This document shows positions 46,877-56,876 of a DNA stretch of 64,000 nt, piece by piece; position 1 is the first letter of the stretch, and every line of letters begins with the position of its first letter. The translations under genes were made by a program, and so were the position numbers. Origin of the DNA: Thermoplasmata archaeon (GTDB lineage Archaea > Thermoplasmatota > DTKX01 > DATEUP01); the NCBI GenBank assembly GCA_041499475.1, contig JBGQKI010000008.1:1978-65977 (forward strand), in the 5' to 3' direction. The notes under the pieces are model-generated. The model did not search any database. It was not told the origin of the DNA and saw only the letters and a list, made by a program, of their open reading frames with translations.

Positions 46877-48214
46877 TCAGATCCCGCGCGGCTTGTCGTC
46901 GTCGTCGGCAACGGTGCCCGGCGGGCCCGGCTTCTTCGTGTCCTTCTTGGCGCCGCGGAACGATTCGTCGGAGGACGCAAACGAGTCGCGGTCGTCGCCG
47001 AACTCGGCGTGCGCGGGCTTCTCGGCCGGGCGGACTCCGACGGTGGGCGTCACATCCGAGAGCCTTGGCGACTTCGGTGGGGCCGGCAGGTCGACCGAGG
47101 CGGCTGTCTTGGTGGGCGGCGGTGAGGGCGGCGGCGGCGAGGGGGCGCTCTTGGACGGTAGGCTCGGCTGCTCCCGGCGGAGGCGGTTGAGCTCCTCTTC
47201 GAGGCGCTTCACGCGCTGGGAATCGGCCTCGGAAGGCCCGGAAGCGGGAGGCGTCGAGCCCGCTGGCGGGGAGGGCGCGGCGGCCACCTTGGCAGTGACG
47301 GAGGCCGGCTGGGATTGCGCCGGACCCGCTGCCACCGCGGCTTGCACCGCCGAACCCGGCATCGGCGGCTGCGCCCCAAACTGGGCACCCGCGCCATACA
47401 CCGAGCCGTGCAGCGAGTCGGTCGGCCCGAGCATCTGTTCCAGGATGAGCCGCTTCACGTATTCGGGGTTGCGCACGCCGAAGAAACATTCGTCGGGCGA
47501 GTCGTAGCCGGGCGTGAGGTCCACGAGTTCCTCCTCGGTCCCCGTATAAGGGCGGACATTCCCGAGCTTGAAAACGCGCTGGAGGAAGCTGCGGTTCACT
47601 TCGACGTCGCGGATCTGCGAGAAGCGCAGGTTGTGCTCCGCCGTCTTGAAGAATTTGTAGCGGAAGATCACGCGGAAGTTCGTCACAAAGTAGGTGAAAG
47701 AGCGCCGGTACATGTCATAGAGGAGAATCATCAGCACGCTCGTGAGGAGCGCGTAAAACTGCACCCAGGGCGACATCTCAACGGCCGCCGTGCGCGCGCG
47801 GAAAACGAAATACAGGATGAAGGGGATCGCGAGGATCACGAAGTAGAGGTAGTGCACGGCCTTGAGGAAGGTCGCCGCCGTCGTGTTTTCGCGGGCGGTG
47901 CGCGGGTCGCGCGGCATGATGAGCCCAATGAGGATGGCGCCGATCGACCAGAGGAGCAAGGGCGCGATGTCGCCGGCTCCGCCGAGCGCGTTGCGCACGT
48001 CTTGGAAGATCCAGAAAAAGAAAGCGTAGAGGATGAGGTAGGTCGCGGTCCAGACGAAGAGCAGGAGGGAGGGCAGGTACCACCGGATGAAGGACGCCGG
48101 GTGGGGGTGGAACTTTGCAAGGATCCGCTCGCCGCTGATGAGCGTCTCCTTTTCGAAGTCGCTCTGGCTTGGAGCGGCCTCTGCCGCAGCCGATTGAAGG
48201 CTTGTTTCCCTCAT
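46877..48214 (-). CDS. bacterial-type PH domain (DUF304/bPH_2, YdbS/YdbT-like) membrane protein with long Pro-rich C-terminal tail
   Basis: FHPHPASFIRWYLPSLLL plus TM helices plus FTYFVTNFRVIFRYKF...IRDVEV motifs typical of bPH_2. C-terminal 200 aa are low-complexity P/S/A-rich. Confidence 0.75.
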   Translation of the reverse strand: MRETSLQSAAAEAAPSQSDFEKETLISGERILAKFHPHPASFIRWYLPSLLLFVWTATYLILYAFFFWIFQDVRNALGGAGDIAPLLLWSIGAILIGLIMPRDPRTARENTTAATFLKAVHYLYFVILAIPFILYFVFRARTAAVEMSPWVQFYALLTSVLMILLYDMYRRSFTYFVTNFRVIFRYKFFKTAEHNLRFSQIRDVEVNRSFLQRVFKLGNVRPYTGTEEELVDLTPGYDSPDECFFGVRNPEYVKRLILEQMLGPTDSLHGSVYGAGAQFGAQPPMPGSAVQAAVAAGPAQSQPASVTAKVAAAPSPPAGSTPPASGPSEADSQRVKRLEEELNRLRREQPSLPSKSAPSPPPPSPPPTKTAASVDLPAPPKSPRLSDVTPTVGVRPAEKPAHAEFGDDRDSFASSDESFRGAKKDTKKPGPPGTVADDDDKPRGI

Positions 48215-48288
48215 TGGGCCTCGATCGCCGCCCCCGGACTATAAAAGGCGCGCCCCAATCAGCGGTGAGGCTCGCTTGCCGGCCGCCG

Positions 48289-51200
48289 CTACTGGAGAAG
48301 ATTGTCGAGGTCTTTGTCTTCGTCGTCGGCTCCTTGGGCGCCCCGCGAGGCTGGTTTGGGCGGAGCGCCGCCGCTTGATGGCTTCGGCGCTCGCGCCGCC
48401 GTCTGCGGGGGCACATGCTCCTTGTCGGCGCCCTTCCTCCGCATGACGATAAAGCCCACCACGCCGGCTCCGACGAGGAGCAGGACGAGCAGCGGGACCG
48501 TGAGGTCGCCGCCGGTGGTGGTCGTGTTCGACGGCGCGGCATTCGTGACGGTGACCGTGAGTTCCGAGGTGCCGACGTTTCCGGCGGCGTCGCGCACCGA
48601 GAGCGTGACCGCGTAGCTCCCGGGCTTTTCAAAGACAAAGCTCGGCGAGAAACCGGAGAGGCTCTTCAGCGTCCCGTCGTAGGTGAAAGTCCAAGTGAAG
48701 CGGCTGGGGTCATTGACGGGGATGCCGCCGTCGGTCGCTGCGCCCACGAAGGTCACAGGTGTCCCCACGACGGCCGTGAGGTGGTCCGCGCTTGCCGTGA
48801 CCGCCGGAGGCGTCGTGTCCGGCGCCACGACGCGCACCACGAAGTTGCGCGCCGCCACGTTGCCCGCCGCGTCGGCGGCGCGCACGGTGACCGTGTAGTT
48901 GCCTTCATCGGCAAACATGAACGCGAACACGGTCCCCGCCCGCTGCACCGGCGACCCGCCATAAGTGAAACTCCAGGTGACGTTCCCCGTCGTTGCAAAA
49001 TTGGGGTCGTTGTCGGTGACCGCCGCCGTCAGGTTGACCCACGCGCCCGCCGCGATCGACTGGTCGGCAATGGCAGGGATCGTGGGCGCCGTGGTGTCTG
49101 GGGGGTTTGCCGTGACGGTGAGCGAGTCGGTGCCGATGTTGCCCCATCCATCGACGACGAAGAGCGTGATGAGGTAGCTACCCGCTGCGTCGAACTGGTA
49201 AGTGAAGTTGAGACCCGACAGGTTGCGCGGCGCGCCCCCGTCGGTGAAGGTCCAGTAGGCGGCCGAACCGGCCGGGAAGGCAGGGTCGTTGTCCGTTGCG
49301 GTGCCGCGGAAGGCGACCGCGGTGCCGGTCGTGGCGACCTGGTCGGCGCCGGCGTCGACCACCGGCGCGATCTTGTCAGGCTTGTCGACCGTGACCGTGA
49401 CGGTGTCCTGGCCGAGGTTCCCCCAGAAGTCGAGGCAGAAGAACATCAGGTCGTAGGTGCCAAGCGACCAAAACGTGAAGTTGAACGAGGTCCCGTTGAA
49501 GCTGTGCGACGACCCGTTGTAGGTGAAGGTCCACCCGCAGGTCGCGCCGAGCGGGAAATTCGGGTCGTTGTCGGTCGCCGAACCGGAGAAGGAGGCGACC
49601 TGTCCTGCAAGCACCGTGCGGTCGGTCCCGGCGTTCACGGAGGGCGGGGTCGTGTCGGGGGAGACGACCGTGACCTTGACAATGTCGGTACCGAGGTGCC
49701 CCGTTGGATCGCGGGCCGAGAGGGTGACATTGTAGGTTCCCGGCGTCCAAAACGTAAAGTTCCCCGTTACGGCCGGTGAGGCAAACGCGCCGGGCACGGT
49801 GACGAGCGAGCCGTTGTAACGGAACGACCAGTCGGTGGTGCCGTTGAGGACAAAAGCGAGGTCGTCGTCGACCGCCCTTCCGGAGAAGTTTGCAATCGTC
49901 CCCGCGGCCACCGTGAAATCAGCGCCCGCGTCGACGGAGGGCGGCGTAATATCGAGGACATGGACGACGAACCAGTGGTTGGCGAAATTGCCGGCGCCGT
50001 CCACAACGACGAGCCGGACGTCATAGTCGCCCGGGAACGCGCTCGTCCACGTCGTGCTCTCGGCGTGGATCACGTCGAGGATGGCGGGGCCGCGGTAAAC
50101 ATTCCAGGTGTACGTCCCGTCGTTGTGGAATCCCAAGGAGTCGTCGTACGCGTGCGTGGTGAAATTGGCAAGCTCGGAGGTGTTGATCGTGATGTCGTCG
50201 GGCCCAAAGACCTGGGGCGGCGTGACGTCGGTCGTCGGGGTGAAATCCGAGAGGGCGTTGCCGGGTGCGATCGTGACCCAATTCAGCGCGCCCATCGTGG
50301 GCCCGTCGGGCGAGGCGAGCAGAGAGAGGGACGGGACGACCGCCAGCACCAGCGTGTAGTTCGTCGTTGGCCAATAGGAGGGCACCTGCACCGGCCCGAA
50401 GAATTCGCGGCCGGGGCCCTTCACGAGCGCGTTGATGTACGGCTGGTCGTGGCCCGTCCAGATGTCGTAGCTCTCCGTGAGGCCGCCGAACAGCTTCTCG
50501 ATCGACCCGGGGATCAGCGCGGCCCCGCCCTCGAAGCCCGACATGTTCTTGTTGCCTGTGTACTTCGTGCCCACGCCGAACGGCGAGCCGATCGCGAGGG
50601 GCTCATTGAGGATCTGAAGGTTCGTGTCGAGCACTTGGCGCGCGTAGCTCGTGTTGTAATCGGGCAGAGCGACCTCCGCGTCTTCGGCCCAGAAGCGGCC
50701 GTCGCTCGCGCTGCTGTCGTTGCCGATGGCCGCCCGGAACGTCACGTTGATTCCGTTGTTGTACAGGTCGTCGGTGGTGGCCGGCAAGGCCGAGAAGTCG
50801 ATTGCCACGGAAATGTTCCCGGTGGCGTCCGTCGTCGTGTTGGTTTCGAAGATTGGGCCGCGCGAGGACGAAACGAGGACGACCACGGGCTTGCTGGCCC
50901 AAAGGGAGGCGTTGTTATACAGCTGGTAGTCGAGCCTCTGCACGCCCGACCACGGGAGCAACGAAAAGTTCTGCAGGGGAATCGCGTCGAACCGGCCGCT
51001 CCCGGGAGAGGGCGGCGTGTAGTCCGCGGGCAGGCTGAGGGACGCGGCCACGAACTGCGACTTGCCGCCCGAGGCGTTTACCCACCCGCGAACATCCATC
51101 TGACTCGTCCCGTCGTTTGCAAGCGAGAACGCGAGGTTTCCTGAGGAATCGGTTTGGCCGGTGATCTGGCCGATGCGGTGTGAGGGGACCCCCGATTCGG

Positions 51201-52044
51201 TAAGGTTCAGCGTCACGTCGAGGCCCGCTAAGGCCGCGACACCATTGCCGATGGTGAGCTGCCCTTGGATGAGGCTCTGGTTGTGGAGGGCGTACGCAAC
51301 GACGGTGTCGAAAAACCACACATCCACCGACGCGTTTACCCGGGCGAAGCTCGACTCGTTGACGGTCGCCTGGAGGATGTACTGCATCGAGGTCGTAAGG
51401 TTGGAGGGGACGGTGAAGTTGGCCTCGTAGATGCCTGTGGCGGCCTTCACCGGCGTGAGCATGACCGGCGTCTCGCTGTAGTCCACGTCCGGCGCGGCGT
51501 ACAACGCGAGCGTGAGGCTCGGCGCGTCGGCGTGTGTGCCGGCGTCGTACGTGTCGACCCGCCACACCATCTTCTCGCCGGGGTCGACGGTGCGGCCGAG
51601 CCGGTAGGTGTTGTTGAGGCCGGCCGTGATTGTCCACGGCCCGCTCGGCCCCGGCAGCGTTGGGGCCGGCGCCGTTGCGACGAACCTGAACGAGTTCGCG
51701 GTGTCGTTGCCGTTCCGCACGGTCACGACGAGGCCGCTTAGCCCAAGGACCGTGTCGAAGAAGCCCATCGTTACGGTCGCGCGGTAGAGGCCGGTCGAGT
51801 TGTTATAGAAGCCCGGGAAGTTCGTGGCCGGGAATACATTGTTGATCGTTCCGAGGCCAAAGCGGAACGTGACGCTCGTCGCGTTTGCAGGGACCAAGCC
51901 GAGGTACACCTGCGCGTGCACCTCGAAAGTCTCCCCCTGGACTTTGCCTTCGGCGCTGTCGTTCCAGAGCACGACGCTTAAGGGGTAGTGGCTGCCCGCC
52001 GACGAAAGTCCCGAGAAGAGGTTGAGGACAACCAGGGCGGTCAA
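48289..52044 (-). CDS. giant (1251 aa) surface protein with ~6 tandem PKD domains and C-terminal TM anchor
   Basis: Signal peptide. Repeated PKD-like units (TPPSV(D/N)AG(A/T)D..V.AG....F.G.A.D.D). C-terminal TM LLVLLLVGAGVVGFIVM + RRK + charged tail. Confidence 0.85.
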   Translation of the reverse strand: MTALVVLNLFSGLSSAGSHYPLSVVLWNDSAEGKVQGETFEVHAQVYLGLVPANATSVTFRFGLGTINNVFPATNFPGFYNNSTGLYRATVTMGFFDTVLGLSGLVVTVRNGNDTANSFRFVATAPAPTLPGPSGPWTITAGLNNTYRLGRTVDPGEKMVWRVDTYDAGTHADAPSLTLALYAAPDVDYSETPVMLTPVKAATGIYEANFTVPSNLTTSMQYILQATVNESSFARVNASVDVWFFDTVVAYALHNQSLIQGQLTIGNGVAALAGLDVTLNLTESGVPSHRIGQITGQTDSSGNLAFSLANDGTSQMDVRGWVNASGGKSQFVAASLSLPADYTPPSPGSGRFDAIPLQNFSLLPWSGVQRLDYQLYNNASLWASKPVVVLVSSSRGPIFETNTTTDATGNISVAIDFSALPATTDDLYNNGINVTFRAAIGNDSSASDGRFWAEDAEVALPDYNTSYARQVLDTNLQILNEPLAIGSPFGVGTKYTGNKNMSGFEGGAALIPGSIEKLFGGLTESYDIWTGHDQPYINALVKGPGREFFGPVQVPSYWPTTNYTLVLAVVPSLSLLASPDGPTMGALNWVTIAPGNALSDFTPTTDVTPPQVFGPDDITINTSELANFTTHAYDDSLGFHNDGTYTWNVYRGPAILDVIHAESTTWTSAFPGDYDVRLVVVDGAGNFANHWFVVHVLDITPPSVDAGADFTVAAGTIANFSGRAVDDDLAFVLNGTTDWSFRYNGSLVTVPGAFASPAVTGNFTFWTPGTYNVTLSARDPTGHLGTDIVKVTVVSPDTTPPSVNAGTDRTVLAGQVASFSGSATDNDPNFPLGATCGWTFTYNGSSHSFNGTSFNFTFWSLGTYDLMFFCLDFWGNLGQDTVTVTVDKPDKIAPVVDAGADQVATTGTAVAFRGTATDNDPAFPAGSAAYWTFTDGGAPRNLSGLNFTYQFDAAGSYLITLFVVDGWGNIGTDSLTVTANPPDTTAPTIPAIADQSIAAGAWVNLTAAVTDNDPNFATTGNVTWSFTYGGSPVQRAGTVFAFMFADEGNYTVTVRAADAAGNVAARNFVVRVVAPDTTPPAVTASADHLTAVVGTPVTFVGAATDGGIPVNDPSRFTWTFTYDGTLKSLSGFSPSFVFEKPGSYAVTLSVRDAAGNVGTSELTVTVTNAAPSNTTTTGGDLTVPLLVLLLVGAGVVGFIVMRRKGADKEHVPPQTAARAPKPSSGGAPPKPASRGAQGADDEDKDLDNLLQ

Positions 52045-52234
52045 AGCGATGACGATTGACCGTTTCTTGCCCGACAGACCCTAAACCCCGCGTTCGCGAC
52101 AGCGCGTCCGTACTTAATCCTGCGCTGGCGCGCATAACTTCTTGGAACTGTGGCCGCCCCATGCGAAAGGCGCCGGCCTTGTCCGCCGGCTTAGCGCGGC
52201 TTTTTAGTCCGGCGAGGGATCGCGCGCGGCACCT

Positions 52235-53041
52235 ATGCGCGTCGGTGTCGTGGGTTGCGGCTCGATCGGGGGCACGCTTGCCCGAAAGCTTGCCCGTTTT
52301 CCCGCGGTCGACCGCATCTCGTTCTTCGACGTGGAGTTCGCGCGCGCCGAGGCGCTGTCGAGCCTGCACCGCCGCTACCGCGCCGTGCGCACGCTCAAAG
52401 CGCTCATCGCAGGGAGCGACCTGGTCGTCGAAGCGGCTTCCCAGAAGGCGGCCCGCGAGGTTGCCCCCGCCGCCCTCGCCGCCGGAAAAAACGTGCTCCT
52501 CATGTCGCTCGGGGCGCTGTGCGACGACCGGTTCACTGCCCGCCTTCGTCGCAACGCCGCGCGCACCGGGGCGCGGATCTACATCCCTTCGGGCGCGCTC
52601 GCTGGTCTCGAGGCACTTGCGAGTGCGAGCGCGGCAGAGGTCACGCAGGTCACGCTGACCACCCGCAAGCCGCCGCGCGCGCTTTCCGGGGTCGCTTACT
52701 TGGAACGACGCGGGATCGACGTGGGATCGGTCCGCGCCCCCACGGTGGTGTTCTCGGGCACGGCACGCGATGCCGTCCGCCACTTCCCGGCGAACGTAAA
52801 CGTCGCCGCGGCGCTTTCGCTTGCCGGCCTCGGCTTCGACCGCACGCGCGTGGTTATCATCGCTGACCCGAAAGCGACCACCAACCGCCACGAGGTCGTC
52901 GCAAAGGGGGCATTCGGCGAGCTTCGCTGCGAAGTGTCGAACCTCCCTTTCCCGGACAACCCCAAGACCTCTTACCTCGCCGCCCTTTCCGCCGTGGCCA
53001 CCGTGCGAAACGCAGCACTCGGCATCCACTTCGGGCCGTGA
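52235..53041 (+). CDS. nadX: L-aspartate dehydrogenase (NadX)
   Basis: MRVGVVGCGSIGG Rossmann N-terminus and TM1643-like C-terminal domain (HFPANVNVAAALSLAG). Confidence 0.85.
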   Translation: MRVGVVGCGSIGGTLARKLARFPAVDRISFFDVEFARAEALSSLHRRYRAVRTLKALIAGSDLVVEAASQKAAREVAPAALAAGKNVLLMSLGALCDDRFTARLRRNAARTGARIYIPSGALAGLEALASASAAEVTQVTLTTRKPPRALSGVAYLERRGIDVGSVRAPTVVFSGTARDAVRHFPANVNVAAALSLAGLGFDRTRVVIIADPKATTNRHEVVAKGAFGELRCEVSNLPFPDNPKTSYLAALSAVATVRNAALGIHFGP

Positions 53042-53080
53042 CGCGCGCTGTTCCAGGAATCAAAGGAGCGCACCAAGTCC

Positions 53081-53088
53081 TTTAAATA
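53081..53088 (+). promoter_or_regulatory. consensus archaeal TATA box TTTAAATA for the membrane-anchored HTH protein gene
   Basis: Centre ~27 nt upstream of GTG 53112, which begins a canonical signal peptide, so the transcript is leaderless. Confidence 0.5.
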
Positions 53089-53111
53089 GCCAGCATCGAC
53101 GCCTCGCGCTC

Positions 53112-56100
53112 GTGGCACGCGCACGCGTCGCCCTCGTGGGGCTTGTTACTCTTTCTTTCGTCCTTACCCTTGTTCCTACCTCGCTTGCGGCCCCGGTAGG
53201 CCTGCAAGCGCTTACGGGCGCCATTGCGGGCGCCGATCGTGTGGACCTCGTCGCGATCCCCGGGGGGGGCCGCATGCTCCTTGCAGCGGTGGGCCCGCAA
53301 CGGGCGGCCTTCTTCGAGGTCGCGGAAGACGGCTCGCTGCCCGCACTCCCGCTCGCCTCCTTCGATCTGATCGCCCAGCGCGACGAGCCGCCGCTTTCCG
53401 GCGCGCGCCTCGCCGTCCTTTCGCAGGAGCGCGCCGCGATTGCCTATGTCCGCGACGGCTCCGTGCGCATCCTTGTCGCCGACCCGTTCTCGGGGATGGC
53501 ACTCTCCGACGCCCGCGTGAGCGGGGCCAGCGAAACGGCGTCGTCGCCCTCGCTTGCTGTGGCGGGCGACGGCTTCGCGCTCGCATACCTCAAAGCCGAC
53601 AGCACAGGCCGCACCGCCGTCGTTGTGCAGCTCACGGCCCAAGGGGCCGAGCTTTCGCGGGCGAGCCTCCCGCTTGCCGGGGGCTACTCCGCGGCCCTTG
53701 TTGATTCTTCCCCAAACCTGCTCCTTGCCGTGCTGCGCGCCTCGGCCATTTCTCTATACAGCGTGGCCGCGGGGTCGCTTGCGGGGGCAGGCTCCATATC
53801 GGTCACGGCGTCGGGCGGCGCCCTCTGGACCCGCGACGGTTCGCTGCTTGGACTCCTTTCGACAAGCTCGGGGCTCGCGCGGATGCTCGCGCCGGTGTCG
53901 GCTCCCGCGAGCGCCACCTTCACGACGCTTGCGCTCGGCGCAAGCGCCCTCCAGGTATTCGCCATCGACAGCGCCGACGGGCGCCTCGTCGCCGTGGTGC
54001 GCGGCGCCTCCTCTTCGGTCGCGGTGCGTGAAGACACCCTCGGCGGCTACGCCATAAGCGCGCTCGGGACCGTTGCGGGCGCTGCCGCGGCGACCGACGC
54101 GTATGGCTTTGCTCGGGCGGCCGTGCTCGTTGGCTCATCGGCAGCGCCCGCCGTCGAGACCTTCACGGCGGGCGACTTCGACGCGGTCGCGGTCGCGATT
54201 TCCGGCCCCTCCTCGGTCGAGCCCGCCTCATCGGCGACCTTCTCGATTGCCGTCCGCGCGGTGCGCTCCGCGGTCACGGTCGTGGGAATCGATGTCGCCG
54301 TCCCGCTCGGCTGGACCTTGCACGCGCCCTCGGTCGCCTTGCCCCTTGCAACCGGGCAGAGCGCCTCCCTCACTTTCACCGTCGGTGCCCCCGCAGGGAC
54401 GCCCGTGGGCGCCTACACCGTATCCGCGCGCCCCGCCGTCCTAGAGGCGAGCTATGTCCAAGCCGCGGTCGCCACGGTCGCGGTGCTTGCAGGCGCGACG
54501 GTCTCGCCCGCGTGCTGCTCCTCGCCGGTCGACCTTGCCCCCGGCGGCTCCACGACCGTCACCGTCGGCCTCCTGAACCGCGGCGCCGCCCCGGTCGTCT
54601 CCGAGGTGAGCGCCCTTGCGCCGGCGGGCTTCATCGTGACCCCGTCGACCTCGAGCGTTTCGATTTCCCCGGGCGCCTCCGCGCAGGTCTCGTTTACGGT
54701 CAGCGCCTCGCAGGGCACGCTCCCGCAAGACGGCGGGAAGTTCACCGTGCACATCCGCCCCACGGACGGGTCGGCCTCGACCGACGTGGTCGTCCCCGCC
54801 CGCATCCGCGGCGTCTTTGCGCCGGTGCTGAGCGGCATGGCCCGCGACCTTAGCGGCGTCCCCGGAGCGACCGTCGACCTGCCATACTCCATCGTCAACG
54901 CCGGCAACATCGGCGGCCTTGTTGTCCTTGGCGCGGCCGTCGACGGCCTGCCCGCGGCCACCCTCGTCGGGCTCCAAGCTACGCTCTTCGTCCCCGCCTT
55001 CACGAAGGTCGACCTGCCCGTGAAGGTCGCCATCCCGCAGGGCACCCCTGCGGGCACACCCTTCGAAGTCACAGTGTCCGCGTTCAACGCGCAGAACGGC
55101 GACCCGGCCGGAGTGCCCTTCTCCATGTACGGCACCGTGCGCGCGGTCCCGGCGTTCGTGGCGAGCTACACGCCGGGGCCCGCCGTGCTTCCCGGGGCGG
55201 AGGCTCGCGGCACGCTCGCGTTTTCCAACTCGGGGAACACGGCACTCACCATCGACCTCGCGCTTTCTGCCGCGGAAGCGGGGTTCAGCCTGCGCGTCGC
55301 CGACGGCGCGACCACGGGGATTTCATTGCCCCCAGGTGCCGCCATCTCGGTCCCTATTTCGTACCGCGCCGGGCCGGCCGCCCTGCCCGGTACTCGCGCT
55401 TTCCAAATCACAGCCACCTCCACCGCGGGCCTTTTCGTTGCCATCGACATCCCCGTCAAAGTCTTGGCCACCCACGGCATCTCGCTGGCGGTCTCCGCCC
55501 CTGCAGCCCTCTCCCGCCCCGACACACCCACGGCCGGGCTTGACTTCGTCCTGTCGAACTCCGGAAACACGGAGGCCGGCGTCGCGCTGACCTTCTCGAC
55601 GGCGCTTGCGTCCCTATCGACGGTCGCTGACGGCCAAGCGCGGCCGGTTGCCGACCCGCTCGCCCTCCAGACGGTACCGCCCTTTTCTTCCCTCTCGTTC
55701 CACGCGAATGTCGCCCCCGCGTTCCTTGCTGGTGAAACGCAAGGGGCCGTCCGCGTGAATGCCGAATCCAACATGGGCGACAGCGCCTCGGCCGTGGCCA
55801 CCTTCGAGCGCCTGCGCAGCGACCCCGCGATCCTCTCCCTTTCCGCTCGCCCCGTCAACGGTCCGGCCGCCGCAGGCACCCTGCACCAGGTCGTGGCCGA
55901 CATCGCAAACGCGGGCCCCGGGACCGCCGTCGGCCTCGAGGCTGTCCTCTCGTCCCACGGAATCGTCCTCGGCCGCGTCTCCATCGACGCGCTGTCGCCG
56001 GGCACCTCGCGCCTCCTCGACAACCTCTTCTTCGTCCCCCGTGAGGCCTCCACCGACCTTGTCCTTACGCTTACTTCGGCCGAGAGCGGCCTCGACCGCG

Positions 56101-56771
56101 ACCTGGGCAACAACCTCGCCTCGGCCACGGTGACCGTGTCGGTGCCGAGCACGGCAGGCGACGCCTCCACCCGCGCCGCGCTGCCCGTCGCCGCAACCTC
56201 CCTCTCGATCGTCGCGCTCGCGGGGCTCGCCCTCACCGAGATCGGAAAGAGCACCTTGATATCCGTGCTGTTTCTCCCTCTCTACGTGAAGCTGCGCCCC
56301 GAGGATGTCCTCGACCAGTACCTGCGTGGCCAGATCCACGGGTTCATCATTGCAAACCCGGGCGAACACTACAACGCCATCAAGGACCAGCTCGGCGTCA
56401 CCAACGGTGCGCTCGCCTACCACCTGCGCGTGCTCGAGCGCGCGCAACTCATCCGCGCCGTGCGCGACGGGATGTACAAGCGGTTCTACCCGATCGGCGT
56501 CAAAGTCACCCGCAAGCGCCGCCTCTCCCCCTTCCAGACGGCGATCGTCAAGGCCGTGCGCGACAACCCCGACGTCTCGCAGAAGCGCATTGCCGAACTG
56601 CTCGGCGTCTCCAACCAGGTGGTTAACTACAACGTGAAGCAGCTCGAGGAGGCACGCATCCTTGCCGTCGACCGCACCGAGCGCGCGTCGAAAGTAACGC
56701 TCGGCCCTGAGGCGCCCGCCCTCGAAGGCGCCCCGCCGGTTCCGCCCTCGGTCCAGCCCGCCTCCCTTTGA
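53112..56771 (+). CDS. membrane-tethered transcription factor: signal peptide + ~1,000-aa ectodomain (CARDB/NEW3-like Ig repeats) + single TM + two C-terminal cytoplasmic winged-helix HTH domains
   Basis: ORF 52821..56771. The start is placed at GTG 53112, after the nadX stop and preceding signal peptide ARARVALVGLVTLSFVLTLVPTSLAAP. TM LSIVALAGLALTEIG...LISVLFLPLYV near aa ~1080. wHTH 1: YNAIKDQLGVTNGALAYHLRVLERAQLIRAV. wHTH 2: VSQKRIAELLGVSNQVVNYNVKQLEEARILAV. Confidence 0.75.
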   Translation: MARARVALVGLVTLSFVLTLVPTSLAAPVGLQALTGAIAGADRVDLVAIPGGGRMLLAAVGPQRAAFFEVAEDGSLPALPLASFDLIAQRDEPPLSGARLAVLSQERAAIAYVRDGSVRILVADPFSGMALSDARVSGASETASSPSLAVAGDGFALAYLKADSTGRTAVVVQLTAQGAELSRASLPLAGGYSAALVDSSPNLLLAVLRASAISLYSVAAGSLAGAGSISVTASGGALWTRDGSLLGLLSTSSGLARMLAPVSAPASATFTTLALGASALQVFAIDSADGRLVAVVRGASSSVAVREDTLGGYAISALGTVAGAAAATDAYGFARAAVLVGSSAAPAVETFTAGDFDAVAVAISGPSSVEPASSATFSIAVRAVRSAVTVVGIDVAVPLGWTLHAPSVALPLATGQSASLTFTVGAPAGTPVGAYTVSARPAVLEASYVQAAVATVAVLAGATVSPACCSSPVDLAPGGSTTVTVGLLNRGAAPVVSEVSALAPAGFIVTPSTSSVSISPGASAQVSFTVSASQGTLPQDGGKFTVHIRPTDGSASTDVVVPARIRGVFAPVLSGMARDLSGVPGATVDLPYSIVNAGNIGGLVVLGAAVDGLPAATLVGLQATLFVPAFTKVDLPVKVAIPQGTPAGTPFEVTVSAFNAQNGDPAGVPFSMYGTVRAVPAFVASYTPGPAVLPGAEARGTLAFSNSGNTALTIDLALSAAEAGFSLRVADGATTGISLPPGAAISVPISYRAGPAALPGTRAFQITATSTAGLFVAIDIPVKVLATHGISLAVSAPAALSRPDTPTAGLDFVLSNSGNTEAGVALTFSTALASLSTVADGQARPVADPLALQTVPPFSSLSFHANVAPAFLAGETQGAVRVNAESNMGDSASAVATFERLRSDPAILSLSARPVNGPAAAGTLHQVVADIANAGPGTAVGLEAVLSSHGIVLGRVSIDALSPGTSRLLDNLFFVPREASTDLVLTLTSAESGLDRDLGNNLASATVTVSVPSTAGDASTRAALPVAATSLSIVALAGLALTEIGKSTLISVLFLPLYVKLRPEDVLDQYLRGQIHGFIIANPGEHYNAIKDQLGVTNGALAYHLRVLERAQLIRAVRDGMYKRFYPIGVKVTRKRRLSPFQTAIVKAVRDNPDVSQKRIAELLGVSNQVVNYNVKQLEEARILAVDRTERASKVTLGPEAPALEGAPPVPPSVQPASL

Positions 56772-56876
56772 GGCACCCAGGGTTCCACGACCCGGCATCC
56801 GTCCACTGGCAAGCCTTCATAGCCCCATCGGTTATTGCTGGTAATTGCGCCCCAACGGGCACCGGATCGTGTTATC

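Noticed and set aside
51803-53029. 408-aa minus-strand ORF opposite nadX
   Set aside because: NadX has a canonical Rossmann N-terminus and family motifs; the antisense ORF is R/G-rich.
52821-53111. 5' extension of the giant HTH-protein ORF overlapping nadX
   Set aside because: It lies in another frame over the nadX CDS with no start signal, whereas a TTTAAATA box and a signal-peptide-encoding GTG occur just after the nadX stop.
55614-56798. 394-aa minus-strand ORF opposite the C-terminal part of the giant HTH protein
   Set aside because: Antisense artifact. The plus-strand frame encodes recognisable TM and wHTH domains.
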